From assembly GCA_964016885.1 (NCBI GenBank), contig OZ024748.1, forward strand, positions 52,638,001 to 52,702,000: DNA of 64,000 nt, written 5' to 3'. The stretch is from Eledone cirrhosa. Lineage: Eukaryota. Shown here piece by piece: positions 51,596 through 64,000 of the stretch; the stretch's first letter is position 1, and each line of letters starts with the position of its first letter. The notes under the pieces were generated by a model. It was not told the origin of the DNA and did not search any database. It was given only the letters and a program-made list of their open reading frames with translations. A program made the translations under genes and the position numbers.

Positions 51596-52309
51596 CCGCT
51601 GGATGTGTAATAGTAATATACGTGAACGGCAAAGCATAAACGAACTAAGGGAAAAATTAGAAATAAGAGGGATCAGATGTTGTTTACTCGAGAGAAGGCT
51701 ATGTTGGTATGGTCACGTGATGCGCATGAAAGACAACAGCTGTATAAAAGAGTGCAGGGCAATAAAAATAGACGGTAGCCATGGAGTAGGCAGACCCAGA
51801 AAAACCTGGGACGACTTGATAAATTCCGACCTCACACACTTACACCTCTCCAAGACAATGTCACTGGACCGAGATCTTTGGCGCTACGCAGTAATAGAGA
51901 AGACCCGCCTTACCTAAGTACAAAGTGAAACTTACTACAGTCAGTAGGCACCTCTAACAAAATACACCCCCGTCCCACTACCCCACCCTATCTACACCAC
52001 CCCTTTCAATGTAAAGTTATGTTGGTACCACAACATCCAGCCCGAAACAAATGAGGTCGTGTAGGTGTCACGACAAAAAAACACACAGTCCACGCTGTAA
52101 TGTGGCCGTGAAACTAACACGGTAAAAACCTCCCAGTTCCACACTGTAAATGTGGTTGGTGTTAGGAAGGGCATCCAGCCGTAGAAAACCCGCCAGACAG
52201 TCCTATGCGAGCAAGACAACCACTCTTGCCTCAAGTGGGAAAACTCCCGTCCAAACCCATGCAAGCGTGGAATATGGACGTTAAACGATGATGATGATGA
52301 TGATGATGA
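51596..52309 (+). mobile_element. RTE-clade LINE 3' fragment
   Basis: ORF 51603-51917 is the open C-terminus ...RYAVIEKTRLT*; 3'UTR; (GAT)n. Confidence 0.92.
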
Positions 52310-52956
52310 CAAAGAGAGAGAAAGAGAGAAAGAGAGAAATAGAGAGCCAAATAGAGAGGGAGTGAGAGAAAGTGAGAGGTAAAGATATAGTAAGAAGGGA
52401 GGTACAACAATGGCTTAACTTTCAGCCAGTTTTCTTCACAGTCCAGTTTCAATTTTATTCCATAATTTGAAACCATTTACATTTCATTTTTAATGCTAAA
52501 TTCTCTGATAAAATAAGGCTTCATGCCAAGATAAAGCGAAAGACAGAAGACTGATTCTTGTGTATTATTCTCCACAGCTACACTAAGTATGATATCATGC
52601 TATATATATAAATATAAAGAAATATGTTTTAATTTTAAAATAAGATACAATCAAACATGAGTTCTTTTTTTCAATGAAAGATAAAGAGAAAGGCGAAATA
52701 TAATGGCTGCCAAGAAGTATTACAAGTATTAGTAATACACGTGTTAGAGAGAACATATAATATAATATGAATAATCACAGTTGTAACAGTTATAAAATAC
52801 ATTTGTGTCACAACAGTTCCAACCATTAATGGTGACGGTCACAAACTTATTTGGATATCATATCTACAATGCAGCTAACTATAAATAATAGTTGAACTAT
52901 ATATAGTTATCTGCTTTGTAGCAGTTTAAAACACACACAAAAAAAAAGCATATATA

Positions 52957-53080
52957 CAAGGTGTCCCAAAAGTCACAATACATAAAAAAAATAATTATGT
53001 TTTATAAAAAAACAATTTATTCAAAATAAATAAATATAAAACATAATTATTTTTTTATGTATCGCAACTTTTGGGCCACC
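52957..53080. mobile_element. Tc1/mariner-type MITE
   Basis: GGTGTCCCAAAAGTCACAATACATAAAAAAAATAATTATGTTTTATA ... TATAAAACATAATTATTTTTTTATGTATCGCAACTTTTGGGCCACC. Confidence 0.75.
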
Positions 53081-53100
53081 ATATATATATATATATATAA

Positions 53101-53535
53101 TATATAATATATAAGATTAAAAGATGGTTAAAAGAGCTCCATGTATTTTATTATGCCCATTTCTAAAACAAATATCATCATGCAATAACATTTGCATTTT
53201 CGTCAGATAAAATAGGGAGACATGATATGAAGTTTAAAACACACTTGTGAATAGTGCAGTTTTAAATCAACATATATATGATATGTTGATTTAAAACTGC
53301 ACTATTCACAAGTGTGTTTTAACCTTCATATCATGTCTCCCTATTTTATCTGACGAAAACACAAATGTTATTGCATGATGATATTTGTTTTTGAAATGTG
53401 CATAATAAAATACATGGAACTCTTTTAACCATCTTTTGATCTTATATATTATTTATACTCCAGTCCTACAAACTGTAGAGTGCTACTTATCCGATATCTG
53501 CATTGCTTTATTGTACTACAATAAAACTCACCTCC

Positions 53536-53538
<3 letters not shown>
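53101..53538 (+). mobile_element. Palindromic hammerhead element, family A, second full copy
   Basis: Same arms, centre and tail as 29081-29504; plus-strand hammerhead 53342-53412 (CTGACGA...GAAA-TGTGCA-TA). Confidence 0.85.
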
Positions 53539-53574
<36 letters not shown>

Positions 53575-53581
<7 letters not shown>

Positions 53582-53958
53582 TTCAAAATATTAATAAATA
53601 TAGACATTCATGTGATCAAATATATTTTATTATATATATTTCAGAGGTACTGTGCTGTTTCCTCAGTACGTCCTCATCAGATAAAATAAATTGAAGTGTT
53701 ACATACCTCAACTATGCTCAGCACAGTTGAGGTATGTCAGACATCAATTTATTTTACTGCTGAGGACGTACTGAGGAAACAGCACATATCTCTGAAATAT
53801 ATATAATAAAATATATATTTTGATTATGCAAATATTTTTCATTTTTAACATTTTGAATAATATTAAAAACTCCAGGAAAACTTCACAGTTGAGTGCTTCT
53901 AATCTATTGTTAAATTGCATTCGTTGAGTAATCAACAAACCATACTAATCTTTGGTCA
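53575..53958 (+). mobile_element. Palindromic hammerhead element, family G
   Basis: Arms about 53575-53865; intact hammerhead on - (53623-53688: TATTTTAT-CTGATGA-GGACGTACTG..CAGTACCTCT-GAAA-TATATA-TA-ATAAAATA); the + arm core is mutated to CTGCTGA; tail AACTCCAG...GAGTGC. Confidence 0.8.
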
Positions 53959-53974
53959 TATATATATATATAGG

Positions 53975-54173
53975 TATATAATATTTAATATAGAAATGGC
54001 TTTTACAGGACTAGAACTGTTTCTTTCAAAGGAAATAATCAAGGGCTTTCCTGATGATTTCTTTTGAATGAAACAGTTCTAGTCCTGTAAAAGCTATTTC
54101 TATATTAAATATTGTATATACTCTACTATGTATTGAGTACCTTATTTACTGTGGCTATCCCCGATTAAACCCA

Positions 54174-54176
<3 letters not shown>
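53975..54176 (+). mobile_element. Palindromic hammerhead element, family H
   Basis: About 68-bp arms 53975-54120; CTGATGA 54051-54057, GAAAC 54070-54074, GTC 54082-54084; 5' strand of stem I partly deleted; tail TACTC...GAGTAC. Confidence 0.7.
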
Positions 54177-54213
<37 letters not shown>

Positions 54214-54216
<3 letters not shown>

Positions 54217-54348
54217 GGAGGAGGTATTGTAAGGAACCAGATGGACCATAATGCACCAGAGTACTCAATACTTAGGGTAGTCTAGACTAGTCCAAAAATA
54301 GCCGTCGAAATGGCTTCAGCTCTGCTGTCGGGGTTATATATTTTCCTA
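54214..54348 (-). mobile_element. Truncated hammerhead-element tail
   Basis: Reverse complement begins GAAAATATATAA, contains TACCCTAAGTATTGAGTAC and ends CCTCCTCCA against (TA)n. Confidence 0.45.
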
Positions 54349-54410
54349 TATATATCATCATCATCATCATCAACGTTTAACGTCCGTGTTCCACGCTTGC
54401 ATGGGTTTGG

Positions 54411-54486
<76 letters not shown>

Positions 54487-54809
54487 TGGATGCACTTCTT
54501 AATGGCAACCACATTGACAGTGTGTGGTGGGTGATTTTTGCCGTGTCTTTTACACATCCACTTTACAGTATGGGCTGGGTGCTTTTTGCCGTGTCTTTTA
54601 CACATCCACTTTACAGTGTATATATACACACACACATGCATACATAAAGTATACATACATACATATATATATATACACACACACACATAAATAGTTTCCT
54701 TACAAAAAAATATTTTTCTTTGGCAGCAAGGCTACCCATATGTTTATTGTATATAAACGTATTATATATGTCTTCAAATACACCTCTCTCTTTGTGTGTG
54801 TGTGCATCT

Positions 54810-55230
54810 GTCTTAGAGACTTTATGGAGTTATAAATTAATATTGATTGCTCCATCAGTGTTGAGCTGACTTAGACGGTTTTGGTTGTTGCTTCCAGCAT
54901 CAATGTAAGCATGTCGTATTATCCGAATATGTTAAGTAGGAAATATTCATACAGTAATTCAGCATTGCAACATATGATCTAGCAACGAAATGGTATGCAT
55001 ATATGATACATTTTCAACTTGTCTCCTTATTTCTAAGAATAATTCACCCTGATGAAGGAATTTTAATTCTTCCTATATTAGTTATTTCAATGTCTTGGAA
55101 TTCCTGACGTTGTATCTTGAGTTCAAAAAACCATGGTTGGGATATTATATAAGTTGAAGCCAACCTCTTCTTTTAGCCGATTTGACTTATATCTCCCCAA
55201 AATGGGATTTTGGTTTAAGTTTAATATAAT
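54810..55230 (+). mobile_element. Degenerate Penelope-like (Neptune-type) 3' end
   Basis: 54813-54869 translates LETLWSYKLILIAPSVLS*, resembling the E..WI.KL....P.GLN end of Neptune GIY-YIG; downstream decayed hammerhead CTGATGA-AGGAATT...AATTCCT-GAC (55049-55114). Confidence 0.5.
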
Positions 55231-55240
55231 ATATATATAT

Positions 55241-55525
55241 CCAGGGAGTGTAACATGGAGTTACTGTAGGTTCACCAGGGTGAGCACTCGATGTTTAGGT
55301 TCACTTCAGTGTCCAGGTGTAGAGCTAGACAGAGTGTATTATAGTGAAATAAGATAACAAGGACGATTGGTTATCGATCTGACCCGACTCTGTAATCCGC
55401 GGCTCGCCAGTCGGGTCAGATTGATACAGATTGAAACATGAGCTGATCAGTGGCGAAACACGCATCACCAACCAATAAACATAATGAAGGAGTAACCAAT
55501 CGTCCTTGTTATCGTATTTCACTAT
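55241..55525 (-). mobile_element. Degenerate inverted-arm element related to B/C
   Basis: 34-bp arms TATAGTGAAATAAGATAACAAGGACGATTGGTTA / reverse; internal 17-bp stem; tail TAGCTCT...GAGTGCTC on the minus strand; (TA)n flanks. Confidence 0.55.
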
Positions 55526-55795
55526 ATATATATATATATACACACACACACTCATACATACACACACATATATATAATATAAGCATGTACTGCACCAAGA
55601 AAAATATAGACTTCGGCAAGAAAGGAGATAACCTATATTTAATCTCCGATCTCTCACCACATTTGCATCACATTGTTTGTACTGGAATATAAGCATGTAT
55701 GTATGTATGTTTATATATATATATATCATCATCATCATTTTACGTCCGCTTTTCCCTGCTTGCAAGGGTGATATATATATATATATATATATATC

Positions 55796-57360
55796 TGGTG
55801 GGCTCTTAGAAAACTAGGTGTTGATGAATGGCTTGTGAGAGCTATACAAGCCATGTATAAAGAAACAGTGAGCAAGGTTAGAATTAACAACGAATATAGT
55901 GAAGAGTTTAGTATAAAAGTTGGTGTTCATCAGGGCTCTGTTCTTAGCCCCCTACTATTTATTATTGCCCTCCAGGCTATAACAGTGGAGTTCAAGACCA
56001 GCTGCCCATGGGAACTCCTATACGCAGATGATCTAACGCTCATAGCTGAATCAATGGCCGAGCTAGAGAAGAAATTCCAAACATGGAAGCACGGCCTAGA
56101 ATCAAAAGGCCTTAAAATTAACCTGGCTAAGACTAAAGTTCTAGTTTGTAAGAAAGAAAATAAGGCGGCGGTCCCCTCCGGGAAGTGGCCATGCGCAGAG
56201 TGTAGGAAAGGCGTAGGTAGAAATTCCATTTTGTGTCCCAAATGCAAAGTTTGGGTTCATAAAAGATGTAGTGGGATCACAGGTAAGCTAACTAAGAACA
56301 TAGATTTTACATGTGGCCGGTGTTCTGGGGCAATAAGTAGCAGCAAGTGCCCACAAAATACTAGCTCTTTCAACTGCGCAGAGGGCTCTATAGAAATAGC
56401 GGACAGCTTCTGTTACCTGGGTGACAAAATCAGCAGTGGGGGAGGGTGCTCTGAAAGTACAGTAGCTAGAGTCAGAACTGGGTGGAAAAAGTTCAGAGAG
56501 CTTATACCACTATTAGCCGCTAAAGGGTTCTCCCTAAAAATGAAAGGCAGGTTGTACGATGCCTGCATACGAACAGCAATGTTGCATGGCAGTGAGACCT
56601 GGGCATTGTGTGCAGAGGATATACGCAGACTAGAGAGAAACGAAGCTTGCATGCTCCGCTGGATGTGTAATAGTAATATACGTGAACGACAAAGCATAAA
56701 CGAACTAAGGAAAAAAATTAGAAATAAGAGGGATCAGATGTTGTTTACTCGAGAGAAGGCTACGTTGGTATGGTCACGTGATGCGCATGAAGGACGATAG
56801 CTGTATAACAAAGTGCAGGGCAATAAAGATAGACGGTAGCCACGGAATAGGCAGACCCAGAAAAACCTGGGACGAGCTGATAAACTCCGACCTCACACAC
56901 TTACACCTCACCAAGACAATGTCACTGGACCGAGACCTTTGGCGGTACTCAGTAATAGAGAAGACCCGCCTTACCTAAATACAAAGTAAAACCTACTACA
57001 GTCAGTAGGCATCTCTCACAAAATACACCCCCGTCCCACCACCCCCACCCCATCCACACCGCCCCCTTCTATGTAAAGTTATGTTGGTGCCACACCATCC
57101 AGGCCGAAACAAATGAGATCGTGTAGGTGTCACGACAAAAAAACACACAGTCCACGCTGTAATGTGGCCGTGTAGGCAACACGGTAAAAACCTCCCAGAC
57201 CCACACTGTAAATGTGGTTGGTGTTAGGAAGGGCATCCAACTGTAGAAAACCTGCCAGACAGTCCTATGCGAGCAAGACAATCACTCTTGCCTCAAGTGG
57301 GAAAACCCCCGTCCAAACCCATGCAAGCGTGGAACACGGACGTTAAACGTTGATGATGAT
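55796..57360 (+). mobile_element. RTE-clade LINE, 5'-truncated, with reverse transcriptase C-terminal half
   Basis: GVHQGSVLSPLLF, LLYADDL, GLKINLAKTK, FCYLG, MLHGSETW motifs; 3'UTR and (GAT)n tail. Confidence 0.95.
55835..56978 (+). pseudogene. RTE ORF remnant (RT + PHD-like finger) with +1 frameshift near 56711-56717
   Basis: GG(A)7TT here versus GGG(A)5TT in the 22358 and 51596 copies; the C-terminus resumes in ORF 56778-56978. Confidence 0.9.
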
Positions 57361-57754
57361 ATATATATATTGAAAACAAAGTGGTCTCACATTAAGGTCT
57401 TTATACATTCTGCCATAGAGTGTTGATTTTGGAACCTTCCCCAGTAAAACATGAATCTTACATTTTCCTATGGGAATCACCAATAATTCTGAGGAAAGTT
57501 ATTTCCATAGAGAAAATACTGTGAACTGTAACAGAAAGGTATTTATTTCACTAATTTTATATTTTATTTTCCTTTTTCTTTTGTTATTTGATAATCTACT
57601 CGTTTGCTATGTGACAATATAATTGCTCTTGTTCAAAATCATCATCATCTATAAAGCAAAAGTTTGCCAAAAATTTGTTGCTACTTTCTTCAATCTTTAT
57701 AATTCTGAGGAAAATAACAGCTTTGGCTATATTATATTGAAATTATATAATATA

Positions 57755-57924
57755 CCATATTCCCTGGCGCCGAAGACACTTTGTCCTCGAGGATGCACCC
57801 TAACTTTGAAAACCAAAAATTTGAAAATAAAAATAATAAACAACCTTCAGCCTCCAGGATGCACGGTGGATTTTTGAGACTTATTTTAGGAAAAAAGTAG
57901 CATCTTCGATGCTGGGTAATACGG
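57755..57924. mobile_element. pogo/Tigger-type MITE with TA target
   Basis: TA|CCATATTCCCTGGCGCCGAAGAC ... ATCTTCGATGCTGGGTAATACGG|TA. Confidence 0.7.
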
Positions 57925-58284
57925 TAACAGCAGCAGCTTGATAATGAATGTTGTCTGGTTACATAAGCCGAGTTAAGAGGGAGGGTGATCCGTATTTGAT
58001 TTGCCGAATTTGGAGGGTGAGTAAGGTTTAGTTTGGCAGGAGTCACAAGTACAGGTTGGTGTCTGGCTTATGGTATTTGTTGAGTGCTTGTAGAATAGTA
58101 GTTGATGCAATAACAGTCTATTTATGTTTATATTGATTGATTGACAAGATCCCAGACCTCGCTTACTTACTGTTAAATACAATACAATAAAAAAACAAGA
58201 ACTATCAAATGCTGAACACTTGAAGCCCAATTCAGATGTTGGTCTTTTGGTTTTTTAGTAAAGGGACTGAAAGCAGAGAATGTA

Positions 58285-58652
58285 ATAATTGTTTCTACTT
58301 TAGGCACAAGGCCAGCAATTACCCAGTGCATTACTGGTACTTTTATTTTATCGACCCCGTAAGGATGAAAGGCAAAGTCAACCTCGGCGGGATTTGAACT
58401 CAGATTGTAAAGGGACGTAACTATGCTGGAAAGCATGGCGTCTGACCCTCTACCGATACTGCTAATCCACCACAGAGAATGTAATAATTATTTCTACGTT
58501 AGGCACAAGGCCAGCAATTACCCAGGGCATTACTTTATTTTATCCAGCAATTATCCAGCAATTACCCAGGGCATTACTTTATTTTATCGACCCCGTAAGG
58601 ATGAAAGGCAAAGTTAACCTCGGCGGGATTTGAACTCAGAATGGCAAGGGCC
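58285..58652 (-). mobile_element. Two tandem SINE family 2 copies
   Basis: About 58285-58472 and 58485-58652; the second has internal duplications. Confidence 0.85.
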
Positions 58653-58654
58653 AT

Positions 58655-59270
58655 GCTAGACAGACATGAAGCATCAGAGATGCTCCACTGGATGTGTAAC
58701 ATTTGTGTGCCTAAACAATGAAGCAGAGATGAGTTGAGAACAAAACTGTTTATAAGAAGAATCAAATGTTGTGTACATGAGAGAAGTCTATGGTGGTAAG
58801 AAAGGATCCCTTCAGTCACGAATGATGATGGGATTTGCATCTAGAAAGTTCCTCGCTGAGGCATGAGTCCAGTTAAGGTTGTTTGTGGAAGACCAGCAGT
58901 CGCTCATGCATACCAGTCTCCCCTTCCACGCCACAAATGTCCAAGGAAAAGGCTAAGAAGGCATAGCATCAGTGACATCGCAACTCATTTCTACACCTGA
59001 GTGAACTGCAGCAAAAAGAACTAAAGTTTCTTGCCCAAGAACACAATGCAAATCCTGATCTGAGAATCAAACTCGTAACCTCCCAATTTCAAGCCAGCCT
59101 GACATTCTAACCACTGTGCCATCAGAGAAGTAATACAGCATACAGATGATGACAATTGTGTAATGTAAAGAAGTGCTATGAGTCACAAAAAGACAAAAAC
59201 CATGCGAGAGGAAGACCAAGAAAAACATGGACTAAAGTGGTGGAAAGTGGCAAAATGATGTTTTTGGAGG
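58655..59270 (+). mobile_element. Old RTE 3' fragment interrupted by an antisense CORE-type SINE (about 58800-59120)
   Basis: ATGCTCCACTGGATGTGTAAC...TGGTGGT then GATGACAATTGTG...GGAAGACCAAGAAAAACATGG; the insert has TCTTGCCCAAGAACAC...CTAACCACTG. Confidence 0.6.
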
Positions 59271-60030
59271 GGATCAATCCAAAGGAGGGTAAAGTAAGTG
59301 TAGAAGTGACAATGACGACGATGATGATGATGATGTGAGTAAGGGAGTGTTAGTTTACCTCATGCTGCTTCACATTTTCAAAGCAGTGACATTTGTGTAT
59401 GGCTTGCATAAACAATACATCCTGCAGCCAAGAAGTGAAATAAGCAGTGGATTGGCATCATAAAGGACATCTGAAGCAAAGCTGCCACAAGATGTCTCAT
59501 CCGACACATGCTAACAACAAGAAGTGGGTATATAAAGGGTAATTAAGGTGGGTATGTGTGTGTTTGTACCTTCGTGAGTGTGTGTGTGTATGTGAATTTG
59601 TGCCTTTGCGTGTGTGTGTATTTGAGCCTTTCTGTGTGTGTGTGTGTGGGAATTTGTGCCTTTGTGTTTATGTGCGCGCACATGTGTGTGAATGTGTGCA
59701 TGTGTGGGTGTGTGTGTGTATGTGTGTGTGTGTGCTTGGCATGTGTGTGTGCCTGTGTGCATGTGTGTGTGCCTGTGTTTGCATGTATATGTGTATGTGT
59801 GTGTGTGTAGGCATATAACAAGCTACTACAGAGTTTCCAGCTACCCAATACCCTCACAAACCCCAGGTCACCTCAAAGCTACAGACACTTGCCCAGAGTC
59901 CCAAATACTAGAATTGAACCTAGTAATACAGGATTACAATGTAAACTTTTAAACCACACAGCTAAAACTGTCTGTGTGTAGACAGACAGACAGAAATACA
60001 TACACATAAATGCACACAAACACTAACACG

Positions 60031-60436
60031 TCATCATCATCATCTTCGTTTAATGTCTATCTTCCACGCTAGCATGGGTTAGATGGGAGTTGTCCCACTT
60101 GAGGCAAGGTAGGTCGGGTGACCATGTCTCGCTCATATAGGACTATCTGGCAGGTTTTCTACGGCTGGATGCCCTTCCTAACACCAACCACATTTACAGT
60201 GTGGAACTGGGAACTTTTTACCGTGTTACCTACACGGCCACATTACAGCGTGGACTGTGTGTTTTTTTGTTCTTGTGACACCTACACGATCTCAATCTCA
60301 TTATCTCATTTATTTTGACTGGATGTTGTGGTACCAACTTTACAGAGAAAGGGAGGTGTTGGTGGGAGTGGGAGGATAGGGTAGGGGTAGTGGATTGGGG
60401 TGTATATTTGGATACGAGGTGCTTACTGACTGTAAA
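60031..60436 (-). mobile_element. RTE 3'UTR fragment
   Basis: Reverse complement of about 2140-2510. Confidence 0.88.
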
Positions 60437-60964
60437 ACACAAATGCACACACACATGCATACTTACAGGCACACACAACACAAACACACATGTGCACACA
60501 ATATACATGTACACAAGAGACACGCGCGCACACACACACACATACAAACGCCCCTACACACACACAACCGCACCCCCACATCACACAAACGTCCACACAC
60601 ACACATGCACCCCACACCACACACACACATACCCCCACCCCTCACAACCGTATACCCCACCCCCCACACCTCCACACATAAAACCATAGCCACATATGTT
60701 TGGCTATAAAGCTCATGTCTTCACAATAAGTCTCCCCAAAGGGTTCAGCATTACTATTCAGTGTGCAAGAGAAGAAGTCCCTCCTTTAATATGTGATACC
60801 CTTATATGAAGTCTACCCTTTATTTCAGTGATCCATCTTGTGGACACTTGGGTATCAAAGGGAAGACAAATCTAGCAAATCATTTTTCCTGGTCCTTCAT
60901 CTCTAAGCCTGCTTTTCTCTTTTGCCTTCTATATCTATGTAAGTAAATACGTGTATCACTACTT

Positions 60965-62160
<1,196 letters not shown>

Positions 62161-63459
62161 GTATGTTTCTTTTTAACCTGCAAATTCAACATTGTTTTTC
62201 TTAGTGTTTTCCTTCTTGTGGGTTTTAGTTTTATCTCAAATCTGAAATATGGTATTTCAATATAAAGTGCGTTGACAGCCTCTTGAGTTCTTTAACAGTC
62301 AAACATATATTTATAACTGTGTGTGTGTGTACATGTGTGTGTACATGTGTGTGTACATGTGTGTGTATGGTTGTGTGTGTGTATTTGTGTGTATTTGTGT
62401 GTGTTTGTGTGTGTATGGTTGTGTGTGTGTGTGTATGGTTGTGCGTGTGTATATTTGTGTGTGTTTGTGTGTGTATGCTTGTGTGTGTATATGTGTGTGT
62501 GTGTGTATATTTGTGTGTGTGTATATGTGTGTGTTAGTGTGTGTGTTTGTGTGTGTATGGTTGTGTGTGTATATTTGTGTGTGTTTGTGCATGAATGTTT
62601 GTGTATGTATGTTGATGTTTGTACGGTTGTATGTGTACATGTATATGTACATGTATGTGCGTGTACATGTGTGTTTGTGTATGTACATGTGTCTGTACGA
62701 TTGTGTGTACTTGTGTGTGTGTATGTACAGTTTGTGTATGTGTGTCCGTTCCTGTATACATTTCTGTGGGAGTGTATGTTTGTTTATGTACATGTGTGTG
62801 TACAGTTGAGTGTGTACATGTGTATGTTTGTATATGTACAAGTTTGTGTATGTGTGTCCATTCCTGTATACATTTTTCTGTGTGTGCATGTGTGTGTCTA
62901 TGTACATGTGTGTATGTGGTTGTGTGTGTACATGTATGTACGTTTGTGTATGTGTGTCCGTTTGTATATACATTTCTGTGTGTATGTTTGTGTATGCATA
63001 TATGTATGTACATTTGTGTGTATCACTTGTGTGTGTATCGTTTGTGTATGTTTGTGTGTGTGAGGTTTTAAGCAAATCAGACCTTAACCATAGAAATTCA
63101 GTAAAATATATTAAATAAATGTTTACTTAAGATTGTATATGTGTACACACACTTACACACACTTCACATACACACACACATTAGTGTATGTGTGTATATG
63201 TTGTGCATATTAGTAGAAACAAGATTGGGGTAAATAAACACCAGTACAGTCACTTGCTAAAGAATTAATCTTAAAGTGTTAAATGGCTAAAACAGGAATG
63301 GCATTGGAAGGCTTTAATTGATACAGCTACACATGTTAGAGAGGAAAAAAAGAATCCAGTATATTCCATATTTCATAATCTCAGACATTCTGTTGAGTGT
63401 CGCAGCAAAGAACTTGACTATTTACATTTTATTCATCATTAGTATCCACAGTTGATTCA

Positions 63460-63665
63460 CTTTTGTCAAATCGGACCAAGGAAACAGTGTTTCCATTGGT
63501 TTTCCCAGTTGCTAATACTATCTATCGGTTGCAAATCCTGGTAGAAGCAGCAATGTGAAATAAAATGTCTTGCTCAAGGTCATAACACATCACCTGGTCC
63601 GGGAATCAAACTCACAACCTCACGATTCTGAATCCAATTTTCTAACCACACAACCTTGCACCTTC
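63460..63665 (-). mobile_element. SINE family 3
   Basis: Reverse complement of 50057-50270. Confidence 0.8.
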
Positions 63666-64000
63666 ACAAATCCATCACTATTCAATGTCTATTTTCTATA
63701 TTTGCATGGGTTAGTTAGACAGGATGTCATGTTTATTAGGCCAAATATCTCAGGTGACCACATCTTGGTCGTACGCTCCATTTTTTTTCAGCTTGGATTT
63801 CTGCAGCTGGATGCCCTTCGTAACACTAACCACCTTAGGTGTTGTAGGCAAAAAAACCTGAACACCCTCGCATAACTAAAAGTGGACTAGGCGAAATGTC
63901 TAATTAATAACTGAAGTGAACTGTCACACTGTGTACATAGATTCTCATTGGAATGATCTTGTTGCTAGTTCGAAATTACACCTGGTGAATATTTTAGTTT

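Overview
AT-rich, microsatellite-laden eukaryotic DNA. The SINE/LINE repertoire looks like a coleoid cephalopod, most likely Octopus (inference). I find no intact host protein-coding gene: nearly all ORF-track entries are translations of simple repeats. The window is mostly (TA)n/(CA)n/(CAT)n/(CAA)n/(GGT)n tracts, minisatellites, 5'-truncated RTE-clade LINEs (the longest has RT with an inserted PHD-type finger), at least three tRNA-headed SINE families, internally deleted RTE derivatives, a CRE/RLE-type retroelement fragment and several MITEs. The most striking unexplained structure is about 14 short non-coding elements inserted into (TA)n tracts, clustered at about 29-31 kb, 44 kb and 53-55.5 kb. 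They carry minimal type I hammerhead ribozymes (CTGAnGA...GAAA with a palindromic or near-palindromic stem III). Many are near-perfect fold-back palindromes with a ribozyme on each strand, followed by a single-copy tail with a shared (A/G)CTC...GAG(T/C)RC stem-loop. They look like Penelope-like (Neptune-type) pseudo-LTR derivatives from several divergent families. All structures were assigned by eye, and coordinates are approximate to a few bases.
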